This document shows, one piece after another, positions 30,681-39,489 of a stretch of 64,000 bases of DNA (within the stretch, counting starts at the first letter, position 1; each line of letters starts with the position of its first letter). The position numbers and the translations under genes are program-made. The DNA is from an uncultured Bacteroidales bacterium (lineage in GTDB: Bacteria; Bacteroidota; Bacteroidia; Bacteroidales; JAADJA01): positions 259,837 to 323,836 of the forward strand of contig CAWJBC010000021.1 in NCBI GenBank assembly GCA_963840975.1. Direction: 5' to 3'. Under the pieces are notes generated by a model. It had not been told where the DNA came from and made no database searches. It saw only the letters and a program-made list of their open reading frames with translations.

Positions 30681-30801
30681 TTCCGTCATGCTTTTAGGTT
30701 GACTTGTTATCAGTCACCCAAATAAAATAATACAATACATTATTGGTGACTAATCAGTTTGCTGACAATCTTATATTTACTGAATTAAGAATCTTTTAAC
30801 T

Positions 30802-30935
30802 GGTATAGAGGAAATAAAGGTATAAAGGGAATAAGTGTTATGGTTAAAGCAATCTGGTTGGGAAGTATAAATTTTAAATATAAAACTTAAACCCTGTATT
30901 TCCTCTATTCCATTATACCCTTTATACCCCTTTCC
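30802..30935. repeat. Inverted copies of short modules (atagaggaaata and ggtataaaggg)
   Basis: Left copy: 30805-30816 and 30819-30829. Complementary modules tatttcctctat at 30897-30908 and ccctttatacc at 30918-30928. The module order is crossed, not nested. Confidence 0.5.
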
Positions 30936-31069
30936 GTTACTGCGCCAGGTGTAATTACATTGTAAATAGTATACTGATTACTTACCATTATTGCATCAGC
31001 ATTGTTATGCGGCAATGAAGTGTATTGTTTTTCGTTATTGTTTCTCACATCGAAACGTAGCAAGATTTT

Positions 31070-31981
31070 ATGAAGAATTTTAAACAAGCCTTATTTGTTC
31101 TGGCTGCCGGAATCTTTTCACTGCCTTCTTTTTCGCAGGGATGCAGCGATGCTGGCGTTTGTTCTACCGGCAATCTTAATTTTGGTTTTTTCGATAAAAA
31201 GCCCAAATCGAGCCTGGTTGCAAATAATATTTTCGGATTGGGAGAACAAAATACTTTTAATTACACTCTCCAGCTCGAATACAATTATCAAACCGGAAAA
31301 CAGTCTTCTTTACAGTTTAAAGTTCCTTATAGCGCTGTGTTTGGGAATCTGACCAACATCTCCGGATTGGGTGATTTCACGGTAAGTTACAGTCAGAATT
31401 TGCTTCATAATGATTCATCATCACTGGATTTAACACTGGGTGGAAAGATCCCTTCCAACAATTCCGACTTTGATTATCAAAGCCAGCCGTTGCCTATGGC
31501 ATACCAAACTAGCCTGGGAACTTATGATATGATACTGGGATTATCCTATTCGTTCCGCAATTGGTTTTTTGCAACCGGCTATCAGCATCCGTTCAACAGG
31601 AATGACAATGCCTTTTTACATACTGAATGGAGCGGGAATGAAAATGCACAAGCGTACAATGAATCGAACCGGTTGAAGCGGGGCGATGATGCAATGGTGA
31701 GGGTGAACTATGTTTTTGAATTTAAGAAATGGAGCCTAAATGCAGGTTTCCTTCCGATTTATCACCTGCAAAAGGATGAAATTGAAAAAGATGGAGAAAA
31801 CATCAAGGTTGACGGTTCCAGCGGGTTTACTTACAATATAAATTTATCAACGAGCCACAAGGATAAAAAAGGCAATATGTTCAGGTATTCATTGGGTGTG
31901 CCGCTTCATGCCCGCGAGGTCAGAACGGATGGCACCACAAGGACTTTTGTAATTGCTGCAGATTTTACCTTTTATTTTTAA
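31070..31981 (+). CDS. Putative outer-membrane beta-barrel protein, function unknown
   Basis: Signal peptide MKNFKQALFVLAAGIFSLPSFSQ. Beta-strand periodicity. C-terminal FVIAADFTFYF. Confidence 0.4.
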   Translation: MKNFKQALFVLAAGIFSLPSFSQGCSDAGVCSTGNLNFGFFDKKPKSSLVANNIFGLGEQNTFNYTLQLEYNYQTGKQSSLQFKVPYSAVFGNLTNISGLGDFTVSYSQNLLHNDSSSLDLTLGGKIPSNNSDFDYQSQPLPMAYQTSLGTYDMILGLSYSFRNWFFATGYQHPFNRNDNAFLHTEWSGNENAQAYNESNRLKRGDDAMVRVNYVFEFKKWSLNAGFLPIYHLQKDEIEKDGENIKVDGSSGFTYNINLSTSHKDKKGNMFRYSLGVPLHAREVRTDGTTRTFVIAADFTFYF

Positions 31982-32145
31982 CAGGTTTAAGTTTCGGATG
32001 AACCACCCGTCTTAAGGATTAATTATAAACGAGAATCAGGAGTTAACTGACTTATGCCACGAAGCCTCTAAGTAAAGATTCCAAAATAACTTTCCTAATT
32101 CAATAGTTGAATATAGCGTATCTTCTTGCCATCAGGATAATTGCT

Positions 32146-32288
32146 ATTTCGTCCCTGACGAGACATATTCAAATTTTTATATTCCATTCTACCAATATGT
32201 TATCCCTGACGGGATAGTCCGCCAGTGAGCGGACGGAATTTTGGTAGAAAAGTTTGCGACAGGTAATCAAGTCCTGTAGTGACGAAAT
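32146..32288. repeat. Dense nested hairpin/short-repeat cluster (candidate structured RNA or REP-like cluster)
   Basis: Outer 8-bp pairing atttcgtc (32146-53) / gacgaaat (32281-88). Inner 8-bp pairing tctaccaa (32188-95) / ttggtaga (32241-48) encloses two perfect hairpins: tatccc-tgac-gggata (32201-16) and gtccgc-cagtga-gcggac (32217-34). A further hairpin acagg...cctgt lies at 32259-77. Confidence 0.5.
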
Positions 32289-32378
32289 TATTAACACAGA
32301 TTCATTTATTGCTCTAAATTTTTTTCCAATGATTTTAATTAGAGTCTGTCTGTAAAGTCATTATTTCCAGCAGATTTC

Positions 32379-32425
32379 GCAGATGAACGCAGAATTTTTA
32401 TCAGCGAAAATCAGCGTTATCTGCG
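32379..32425. repeat. Imperfect palindrome
   Basis: cgcagatgaacgc ... gcgttatctgcg flank 22 nt. Confidence 0.5.
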
Positions 32426-32603
32426 GGAGAATTCTTTTTGAGATAGATATTATTGACAGGCACTAATCAGAAATGCAAAATATCTGATAGAGTTTCGGGG
32501 AAGTTATTTTGGGTCAGGTCTTTTTTGGTGAATGAAGAATCAGATGGAAATAAAATTGCCCGATGAAGATATGATCTGATTGAAATGATTTACTTTTGAA
32601 AAT

Positions 32604-32684
32604 ATAACCTGAATCTTATCATGGTTATCCAATTACATGTAAGAAGATACCCCTGATAGATTCAGGGATATAAGCGAGTTAGCC
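32604..32684 (+). other. Imperfect palindrome ending in GTTAGCC just upstream of the nuclease ORF (weak attC/attI-like candidate)
   Basis: Stem ctgaatct(t)atca(t)gg at 32609-24 pairs with ccctgatagattcag at 32651-65, with bulged T residues. TAAC (32605-08) and GTTA (32678-81) could pair at the base, but the spacer is 0 by 12 nt. Confidence 0.25.
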
Positions 32685-32709
32685 ATTATTGCAAAAAGAC
32701 CACACAACT

Positions 32710-33666
32710 ATGAATAGTAGACAAAAAGCAAAAGAATGGATTTATCCACGACATACTGAATTTGAATTAGAATTAAGAAACTCATCATCTGAATGGTTTA
32801 TTAAAAATAAATTCCAAGTTCATAGCAAAATGCCATATTGTTTAGACTCTTTAGACAACTGGCGAAAAAATATTATTTTATCGGAAGTTGCTGATTATAT
32901 TGAGAATTTCAAAAATGAGAGTGAAAAGAATAATAAACCATTTCCACTTCACAAGTACGTACATCACGGATTAAGTAGTCAAGCGATGGTCTTTAATTTA
33001 ATTGGACCTTTAATTACTAGAAACGATTTGAATCCATTGACTGCATTACTTGAAGCAAAAGGAATTGTTGACAAATTTGAAAGAGCACAATTTGAATATG
33101 AAGACAGGTCTGTTTTTAATGAAGATACTGGGCAACCAACTTCAATTGACTTAGTTCTTTTTGACACAGATAATAGACCAAGGATTTTTATTGAAAGCAA
33201 ATTAGTCGAAGCTGAATTTGGAGGTTGTTCTGTTTTTACAAAAGGAGATTGCGCTGGAGGAAATCCTATTGATAATTTACAAGAATGTTTTTTACATTTT
33301 ATCGGTAGAAAATATTGGAGTTTAATTGAAAAATACGGCTTCAATGAGAAAATAAAAAATGAAAAGATTTGTATTTTAGTAAATTATTATCAGTTCTTCA
33401 GAGAGATTTTATTGAGTATTGATAAAGACGGTTATTTTGTTCTACTTTCAGACGAACGTAGTCCAGTTTTTAATTATCAAAATGGAGGAAAAGTTCGTGG
33501 AATAATTCCATTATTAACGGAATTCGTTCCCGACAAATACAAGGACAGAATAGTTTTAGTTACTATACAAGAGATTGTTCATTCAATTGAAAGTACCGGT
33601 AGACACAATGATTGGATAAATGAATTTGAATTAAAATATGGATTAAAAAAAGCAACAAATGGCTAA
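32710..33666 (+). CDS. PD-(D/E)XK-type nuclease-like protein (restriction-endonuclease fold), orphan
   Basis: Core SIDLVLFDTDNRPRIFIESKLVEAEFGGC fits D...(D/E)xK. An upstream motif HHGLSSQAMVFNLIGPL is present. No methyltransferase gene is adjacent. The TAA stop lies inside the first bases of the downstream palindrome. Confidence 0.5.
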   Translation: MNSRQKAKEWIYPRHTEFELELRNSSSEWFIKNKFQVHSKMPYCLDSLDNWRKNIILSEVADYIENFKNESEKNNKPFPLHKYVHHGLSSQAMVFNLIGPLITRNDLNPLTALLEAKGIVDKFERAQFEYEDRSVFNEDTGQPTSIDLVLFDTDNRPRIFIESKLVEAEFGGCSVFTKGDCAGGNPIDNLQECFLHFIGRKYWSLIEKYGFNEKIKNEKICILVNYYQFFREILLSIDKDGYFVLLSDERSPVFNYQNGGKVRGIIPLLTEFVPDKYKDRIVLVTIQEIVHSIESTGRHNDWINEFELKYGLKKATNG

Positions 33667-33791
33667 CAAGCGGTATAAAACATTGGGGTTTAGGTAGTTA
33701 TTCAAACATTCTACCACGCATTAAGTTCGGTGTAACTGGACAGGATAGTAGCCCGCAATCCCCAACGATTTCATACCACTGACCGTTAAAT
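33662..33791 (+). other. attC-like imperfect palindrome (candidate cassette recombination site)
   Basis: TAAC (33664-67) pairs with GTTA (33785-88), and the 3' end reads GTTAAAT (GTTRRRY). Internal loop is 4 by 7 nt. Then a 17-position stem (33672-88 with 33760-77) has 15 pairs, 2 mismatches and 1 bulged A. About 71 nt form the terminal part. Confidence 0.35.
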
Positions 33792-33801
33792 AAAAGATAA
33801 A

Positions 33802-33990
33802 ATGACAATAACGAAAAAGTTATATTTGACAATAACGCTAATCATTTTGATTCATTCTCCTGAACTTTGTGCTCAAATAAAGCTGTCTGATACCTTAATT
33901 TATGAATATCAAGGTAAGCGATTTTCGACTTTTTTTGAACTTTATCCAGATTCAACATATTACTATTTTACGAGTTGGCATTCATTGTGA
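33802..33990 (+). CDS. Short ORF with signal-peptide-like start, possibly a gene remnant
   Basis: MTITKKLYLTITLIILIHSPELCAQ..., only 62 aa. No family recognised. Confidence 0.25.
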   Translation: MTITKKLYLTITLIILIHSPELCAQIKLSDTLIYEYQGKRFSTFFELYPDSTYYYFTSWHSL

Positions 33991-34064
33991 AAATCCGGGT
34001 ACAAAAAATAATACAGACTAAAAAAGATTGACTAATTTCGAAATGGACTTTTTAAAATGAAAAA

Positions 34065-34913
34065 ATGACCAAAGAAAATGCAATAAAATTATTTCAAGAC
34101 CAACGTGTTCGGGTTCATTGGGACGATGAAAATGAAAAATGGTATTTCTCCATTATTGATGTCATTGGGGTTTTGACCGAGAGTGAAAACCCTCGAAAAT
34201 ATTGGAGTGTTCTGAAAACCAGACTTAAAAAAGAAGGAAGTGAAGTGGCTACAAATTGTAGCCGTTTGAAATTATTGGCAGTTGATGGCAAAATGAGACT
34301 AACTGATGTCGCAGACACAGAACAATTATTACGATTTATACAATCAATTCCTTCACCAAAAGCAGAACCATTTAAAGTTTGGTTAGCGAAAGTAGGTTAT
34401 GAGCGAATTGAAGAAACCGAAGACCCGGAACTTGCATTTGACCGTGCAATGGAAACATATCTAAAGAAAGGATATTCAAATAACTGGATTAACCAACGGC
34501 TAAAAAGTATTGAAGTCCGAAAAGAACTAACTGATGAATGGGAATTGCGTGGTGTAGAGAAAGGATTGGAATACGCAATTCTTACAAATGAAATTACGAA
34601 AGCATGGTCAGGATTTAACATCAAAGAATACAAAAAATTCAAGAAACTAAAAAAAGAAAACCTGAGAGATAACATGACCAATTTAGAATTGGTTCTTAAT
34701 ATGTTAGCAGAGGCAACAACTAAAGAGATTTCAAAAGAAAAGAAACCTAAAACATTTACAGAAAGCAAAATAATTGCAAAACAAGGAGGAACAATTGCAG
34801 GAAACACCAGAAAAGAAATTGAAGAGAAAACTGGCAAAAAAGTAACTTCACCAAAGAATGCAATAGAATTAGGAAAACGAGATAACGATGAAATAAAAAG
34901 CATTGGAGAATAA
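34065..34913 (+). CDS. Bro-N domain protein with DinD-like C-terminal region (phage/mobile-element associated family)
   Basis: N-terminus FQDQRVRVHWDDENEKWYFSIIDVIGVLTES.NPRKYW...LK and middle SPKAEPFKVWLAKVGYERIEE match my memory of Bro-N/DNA-damage-inducible protein D sequences. Confidence 0.65.
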   Translation: MTKENAIKLFQDQRVRVHWDDENEKWYFSIIDVIGVLTESENPRKYWSVLKTRLKKEGSEVATNCSRLKLLAVDGKMRLTDVADTEQLLRFIQSIPSPKAEPFKVWLAKVGYERIEETEDPELAFDRAMETYLKKGYSNNWINQRLKSIEVRKELTDEWELRGVEKGLEYAILTNEITKAWSGFNIKEYKKFKKLKKENLRDNMTNLELVLNMLAEATTKEISKEKKPKTFTESKIIAKQGGTIAGNTRKEIEEKTGKKVTSPKNAIELGKRDNDEIKSIGE

Positions 34914-34934
34914 ACAATCCCGAACATTATGGAA

Positions 34935-35056
34935 CAACAAAGGCTCATAAGCAATACTGTCATAAGTGGAATTAATGGAAAACAAAAAACATAAAGGTAA
35001 GCTACGAAAAGAATGGTATTAAATCCAGTACTGCTCTTAGCCTGGAAACGTTGACA
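34935..35056 (+). other. attC-like imperfect palindrome (candidate cassette recombination site)
   Basis: CAAC (34935-38) pairs with GTTG (35050-53). Internal loop is 3 by 7 nt. A stem of about 14 bp with bulges follows: ggct/agcc, aag/ctt, caatactg/cagtactg. About 66 nt form the terminal part. A second GTTAAAA at 35060-66 lies 8 nt before the next ATG. Confidence 0.3.
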
Positions 35057-35073
35057 GAAGTTAAAAAAATGCA

Positions 35074-35784
35074 ATGAAAAAAGGAGATAGTGTTAAGGTT
35101 AAGAAAGGCGTTATGTCGCCGGATTATGATGATTTAAAAATTGAAGGTTGGCAAGGACGAATAAAAGAACTTGATTATGATACCGTAATGATAGAATTGG
35201 ACAGTATAACATTAGATTGTTTAAACAAGGATTATATCATTGATAGTATAGTTGAGGGGACTGATTATTCTTGTATAAATTTAGATATAGATGATGTAGA
35301 ACCGGCAAAATCAAGAGATACTCAAAATGACACATTGTTAAAACAAAATGAGATAAATGCAAAATATTCTCAAGACGAGGAAGAAAAACGGATTTCAAGT
35401 ATATTAAATTCTGAAGACTCTTCGGTAAATGAAGATAATAAGAGAATTTACTTTGAATATCTGAGTAAGAGTATTCAAAAGCCTTGTATTATGACAGGCA
35501 TGGAAGACTTTGATTGGGAGGAACCATATTTATTGGGTGGTTGAAGTCAAAAAGAATATGAAAAATTAAAATTGACCAAACCTTCTTATACTGATCAATT
35601 TGAATTGATTGGTTTTGTTGATGAGATTGATGATTGGAAAAGTATTCTTGTAAAAGTCAAGAGATTGTCTGATAATAAAAAGTTTGATTTGCCATTGTGG
35701 GATTTAGTAGCAATAGATGATAAATCGCCTAATTATTTATTGATCTCTGATTATTCATCCTGGATGACAAACTATCAATATTAA
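35074..35784 (+). pseudogene. Acidic protein of unknown function interrupted by an in-frame TGA at 35542-35544
   Basis: ORFs 35074-35544 and 35572-35784 are in the same frame. Reading through gives ...DFDWEEPYLLGG*SQKEYEKLKLTKPSYTDQFELIGF..., which looks like one continuous protein. Confidence 0.45.
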
Positions 35785-35903
35785 TCAAATTCTGCCAATT
35801 AGTAAGGCTCTGTGTGGTTGGGGCACGAGACCTAAGCAATGAAGCCTTCACAGCCGCAAGTTTGTAACTTGTGGCAAAAGAATCTCCAGCCTTTAATTTT
35901 ATT

Positions 35904-36290
35904 TTAAAACTGTGCGGTAGCCACCACCTTTTTTCTCCGGGAAAACTTCTTATCATGCCGTTCCTTTTTGGCTCGTTTGATTTCAACTATGTAAAGAAAC
36001 AACGGAAACGTTCCTGCCATTCCAAACAAAAAGGTCAATAACCAGTAAATCCAAACGTGTTTGATCTTGTATCTTTCAGCTTCGGTAAACGTCCAGACGA
36101 AAAAGACAAAAACTACCACCAGCAGGTCAATAATAAAAGCAGCGGATATTTTATTGGCAAACATGCCCGCAATAGTGGCTGCCGGATGCAACCAAAGCAA
36201 TATATTTCCGGTTTCAACCGAAACCTGATAAACAAGAATATTGGGTACAATAAATCCAATGATGGCAAGGATGAGGTAAAATTTTTTCAT
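35904..36290 (-). CDS. DUF2834-like small membrane protein
   Basis: Four hydrophobic helices. The sequence pattern (ILAIIGFIVPN...WLLTFLFGMAGTFPLFLY) is as I recall for DUF2834. Confidence 0.5.
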   Translation of the reverse strand: MKKFYLILAIIGFIVPNILVYQVSVETGNILLWLHPAATIAGMFANKISAAFIIDLLVVVFVFFVWTFTEAERYKIKHVWIYWLLTFLFGMAGTFPLFLYIVEIKRAKKERHDKKFSRRKKVVATAQF

Positions 36291-36311
36291 ATTAAATGCA
36301 CTGTTTGCTTA

Positions 36312-37592
36312 TTATTTTGATTTTTGATTAAGTTGTAAAAGAATTTCATTGCATATCCTGTCGGCGATCAGATCATAACCCAACTGATTGAAATGACAAC
36401 ATTTGTCGTTATATAGGGTTCGGCTTTCATCCCTGAACATCATGGAAAGATCAATAAAGTTTACACCTTCACGTTTAAGGTTCAAACCCTGCTCACGAAG
36501 AAAAGGATAGCCCATGATTACAGCATCCTTATAGGCAAATGGTCCGCTTTCGCAGGCGATCTGCCTTTCTTCATCATTCAGTATTTTAGATCCGGGGTCG
36601 TATTGGTTAGGCTGAAGGAAATGAAAGTATTCAAAGCCCGCCGGATGGCTCAATTGCTCAACCAATCGGGATGACCTCATCCAAAAAGCCGCTTGTTCCC
36701 TGATAAAGGCGAGGGTGTCGGTAACCGATGTGTAAATACCGGTAGCCTGGTAATCCGCTTCACTGTTATCCAGTGCTGCCCTTAGCTTAATCTCTAAATC
36801 AGCCATAACTGCTTGTTGGTTTTGTTCTTTTAGTTTCCAAATAAATAGAGCAAAGTTGCTGTGCCTGAAAACCGAACCTGCCATGACTAACCTGCTCTGC
36901 GAAATTTGCTCTTTGATAACAGCCTGTTTTCCCATGATCAGCATAACCTTTGAATCTAATTTTTTGCGGGAATAAATATTCCAGTGCCTGGGGTAGGAAG
37001 GAAAAACATGATGAGGCAGGTTATCAGCGTAGGGCAGAACAATTTCATTGAATCCATCAATATTGATCACGATGTCATACTCTGCACCTAAAGCCATAAA
37101 ATAATTTAGTGCAATAAGTTGCTGAGGTTGCTTATATCCGCCCAGAGCAAAAGCCACAAGGTTAATTTCCTTGTTCTTAAATGCGTCCGATTTCTGTAAA
37201 TTCTCTTTGATCCGGTTACCCGTGTGGCTGTATATATCTTTCGCCACAGAACCGCCCATGATAACAATGTTTGCCACACCCGAAGCCTTTTTCGTGATGG
37301 GGTCAATGCCGGGAAGGTTAAAGTTGTTATAACCCTGGCTGGGTACGCTTACAAAACCCAGATACGGATGTAAAATATGATCGCCAAGATAGCCTCCGTC
37401 GTCCCTGGTTACATATTCAATGCTGTCAGCTTGAGGCATTGCTGTCTTTAGTTCCGAGCGGATTTCTGCACGTGAAAAAGATTGGTGAAGAAAAAACCGC
37501 CCAAGCATAAATGGTGATAGTTCCAGGGTAAGAACAATCACCAGCAATGTGATTGCTCCGTTTCTAATCCCTTTTAATGTAAAATTACCCAT
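36312..37592 (-). CDS. Membrane-anchored hypothetical protein, possibly SGNH/DltD-like
   Basis: N-terminal TM. The C-terminal CCHFNQLGYDLIADRI resembles the SGNH block V (D..H.n..G). This is a weak assignment. Confidence 0.35.
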   Translation of the reverse strand: MGNFTLKGIRNGAITLLVIVLTLELSPFMLGRFFLHQSFSRAEIRSELKTAMPQADSIEYVTRDDGGYLGDHILHPYLGFVSVPSQGYNNFNLPGIDPITKKASGVANIVIMGGSVAKDIYSHTGNRIKENLQKSDAFKNKEINLVAFALGGYKQPQQLIALNYFMALGAEYDIVINIDGFNEIVLPYADNLPHHVFPSYPRHWNIYSRKKLDSKVMLIMGKQAVIKEQISQSRLVMAGSVFRHSNFALFIWKLKEQNQQAVMADLEIKLRAALDNSEADYQATGIYTSVTDTLAFIREQAAFWMRSSRLVEQLSHPAGFEYFHFLQPNQYDPGSKILNDEERQIACESGPFAYKDAVIMGYPFLREQGLNLKREGVNFIDLSMMFRDESRTLYNDKCCHFNQLGYDLIADRICNEILLQLNQKSK

Positions 37593-37717
37593 TGTTTAGA
37601 AATCTGTAGTGCGTAAAGATATAACGAATTAATTTTTGTCGAACCAAAAGTTAATACATTCGTTTATTTAAATAATTTTGTCCTTAATGTGTTAGTTTAT
37701 ATTTAACCCCATTCATT

Positions 37718-39424
37718 ATGAAAAAATTAAATTGCAATTGGATTCTGTTAACAGGGATTATTATGGCAGCCCCGATTATTTCCATAAGCCAAAATGAAAA
37801 TTCCGGCAAACTGAACCGTTCGTATATGCATAACGAACAGCCAGATAGTAAATATGTTGTTGATTCACGTGATCAACATCCAACCTCTCCTGCATACACA
37901 TACCAAAGCAGTATTTTCTTTACAACCCAGGTAAATATTGACGAAAACGGTAATAACATCATGTTTGATGCGGCCAACGAACCATCCATTGCTATTGATC
38001 CAACCAACCCTAACAGGATGGTCATTGGGTGGCGTCAATTTGATAATATCAACAATAGCTTCAGGCAGGCTGGTTATGGCTATACCATTGATGGTGGTCA
38101 AACATGGACTTTCCCGGGAGTGATTGATCCCGGTGTTTTCCGTTCCGATCCGGTGTTGGATTGCGATAGTGATGGAATTTTCTATTATAACAGTCTCACT
38201 AAGGACGACAATGATAATTATTGGTGCAATGTTTACCGGAATGATCCCGGAACTTTCGATTGGGATAACGGGCCATTTGCTCAGGGAGGCGACAAACAGT
38301 GGATGGTTATTGACCGTACAGGAGGCATGGGCGAAGGAAATGTATATGCATGCTGGAATGCATCTTATAGCGCATGTTATCCGGGTTCTTTTACCCGGTC
38401 AATAGATGGAGGGGATTCCTATGAAGATTGCGTGACGGTTGACACTGATCCATACTGGGGAACCCTGGCAGTAGGACCTGAGGGAGAGCTATATGAATCA
38501 GGACAAAATTGGGAAGGTATCGTTGTATTAAAATCTACGAATGCTCAGAATGCCGCCAGCATTGTTTCATGGGATTCCTATACAACCGTGGATTTGGATG
38601 GTTATTTATCCGGCTGGAATGAAATTAACCCTGCCGGATTGCTTGGACAGGTTTATGTGTCTGTTGATGTATCAGATGGACCTGGAAGCGGTAATGTGTA
38701 TGTGCTGGCTTCTGTTCAGAGGAATTCGGGCGATCCCGGCGATGTGATGTTTGCCCGTAGCACCGATGGTGGAAATACCTGGAGTCCTCCTTTACGTATT
38801 AACGATGATCTGGGCTGGAACGATTACCAATGGTTCGGTACCATGTCTGTTGCTCCAAATGGCCGTATTGATGTTGCCTGGCTCGATACTCGCGATGATC
38901 CTTCAGGTAATATTTTATCAGCGCTCTATTATTCCTATTCAATGGATCAGGGTTTCACATGGACAGCCAATGAAAAACTTTCAGATAATTTTGATCCGCA
39001 TGTTGGCTGGCCTCAACAGCAAAAAATGGGCGACTATTTCGAGATGGAATCAGATGAAAGCAGCGCACACCTTGCATGGTCCAATACACTTAACGGCGGA
39101 CAGGATGTTTATTATGCCCGCATAACACCCCAACTTACAGGTTTGGTAAAAACTAATGAGAATAATATTCTTTCACTTACCAATTACCCCAATCCATTTA
39201 TGGATCAAACCACCATCCGTTACAATCTGCCTAATTCCGGCGATGTCAGGCTGGTTTTGTTTGATGTTTGCGGCAGGGAGATCAAAACGTTGGTGAACGA
39301 ACGACAATCAGCTGGAACTTACAACATGACAATTTCCTCCGAAAATATTCCGCAGGGAGTTAGCTATTGTAGGCTGGTTTCGGGCGCTTACACTCAGACC
39401 ATAAGCCTAACGAGAATAAAATAG
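37718..39424 (+). CDS. BNR/sialidase-fold (beta-propeller) protein with T9SS C-terminal sorting domain
   Basis: BNR repeats YTIDGGQTWT and RSTDGGNTWS. C-terminus YPNPFMDQTTIRYNLP...FDVCGREI... Confidence 0.7.
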   Translation: MKKLNCNWILLTGIIMAAPIISISQNENSGKLNRSYMHNEQPDSKYVVDSRDQHPTSPAYTYQSSIFFTTQVNIDENGNNIMFDAANEPSIAIDPTNPNRMVIGWRQFDNINNSFRQAGYGYTIDGGQTWTFPGVIDPGVFRSDPVLDCDSDGIFYYNSLTKDDNDNYWCNVYRNDPGTFDWDNGPFAQGGDKQWMVIDRTGGMGEGNVYACWNASYSACYPGSFTRSIDGGDSYEDCVTVDTDPYWGTLAVGPEGELYESGQNWEGIVVLKSTNAQNAASIVSWDSYTTVDLDGYLSGWNEINPAGLLGQVYVSVDVSDGPGSGNVYVLASVQRNSGDPGDVMFARSTDGGNTWSPPLRINDDLGWNDYQWFGTMSVAPNGRIDVAWLDTRDDPSGNILSALYYSYSMDQGFTWTANEKLSDNFDPHVGWPQQQKMGDYFEMESDESSAHLAWSNTLNGGQDVYYARITPQLTGLVKTNENNILSLTNYPNPFMDQTTIRYNLPNSGDVRLVLFDVCGREIKTLVNERQSAGTYNMTISSENIPQGVSYCRLVSGAYTQTISLTRIK

Positions 39425-39459
39425 TAATACTTTCAAAGCTTTTTTTAAATTCCCTGTCT

Positions 39460-39489
39460 TAGCAATTAACCGGGATGATTGCTATTTTG
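39460..39489 (+). terminator. Terminator-like hairpin
   Basis: tagcaat(11 nt)attgcta followed by ttttg, 36 nt after the stop at 39424. Confidence 0.35.

Noticed and set aside
30802-30935. Long hairpin or terminator between ccsBA and the next gene.
   Set aside because: The complementary modules are in crossed order: the outer left module pairs with the inner right module. They cannot form one nested stem, so I record them only as inverted repeat modules.
32146-32288. Hammerhead-ribozyme-like core: GTC triplet followed by CTGACGAG, with CGAAA at 32282-32286.
   Set aside because: Helix II cannot be drawn: after the G:C closing pair the flanks gagacat / tagtgac do not pair. No helix I separates the GTC from the CTGANGA box. 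The CTGACG(A/G)G strings are part of a short unit that recurs three times. I treat the region as a repeat/hairpin cluster.
35542-35544. TGA decoded as Trp, or another alternative genetic code.
   Set aside because: TGA closes the S41 peptidase ORF (4424-4426) and the barrel-protein ORF (5662-5664) at positions consistent with full-length proteins. No other long ORF needs TGA read-through. A local nonsense change is the simpler explanation.
35785-35903. A fourth attC-like site after the last island ORF.
   Set aside because: Only short, mutually exclusive pairings occur (aaggct/agcctt or ggct.tgtg/cacagcc). There is no AAC/GTT base pair arrangement. The ccgcaag-tttgtaa-cttgtgg hairpin is more simply a terminator for one of the two convergent genes flanking the gap.
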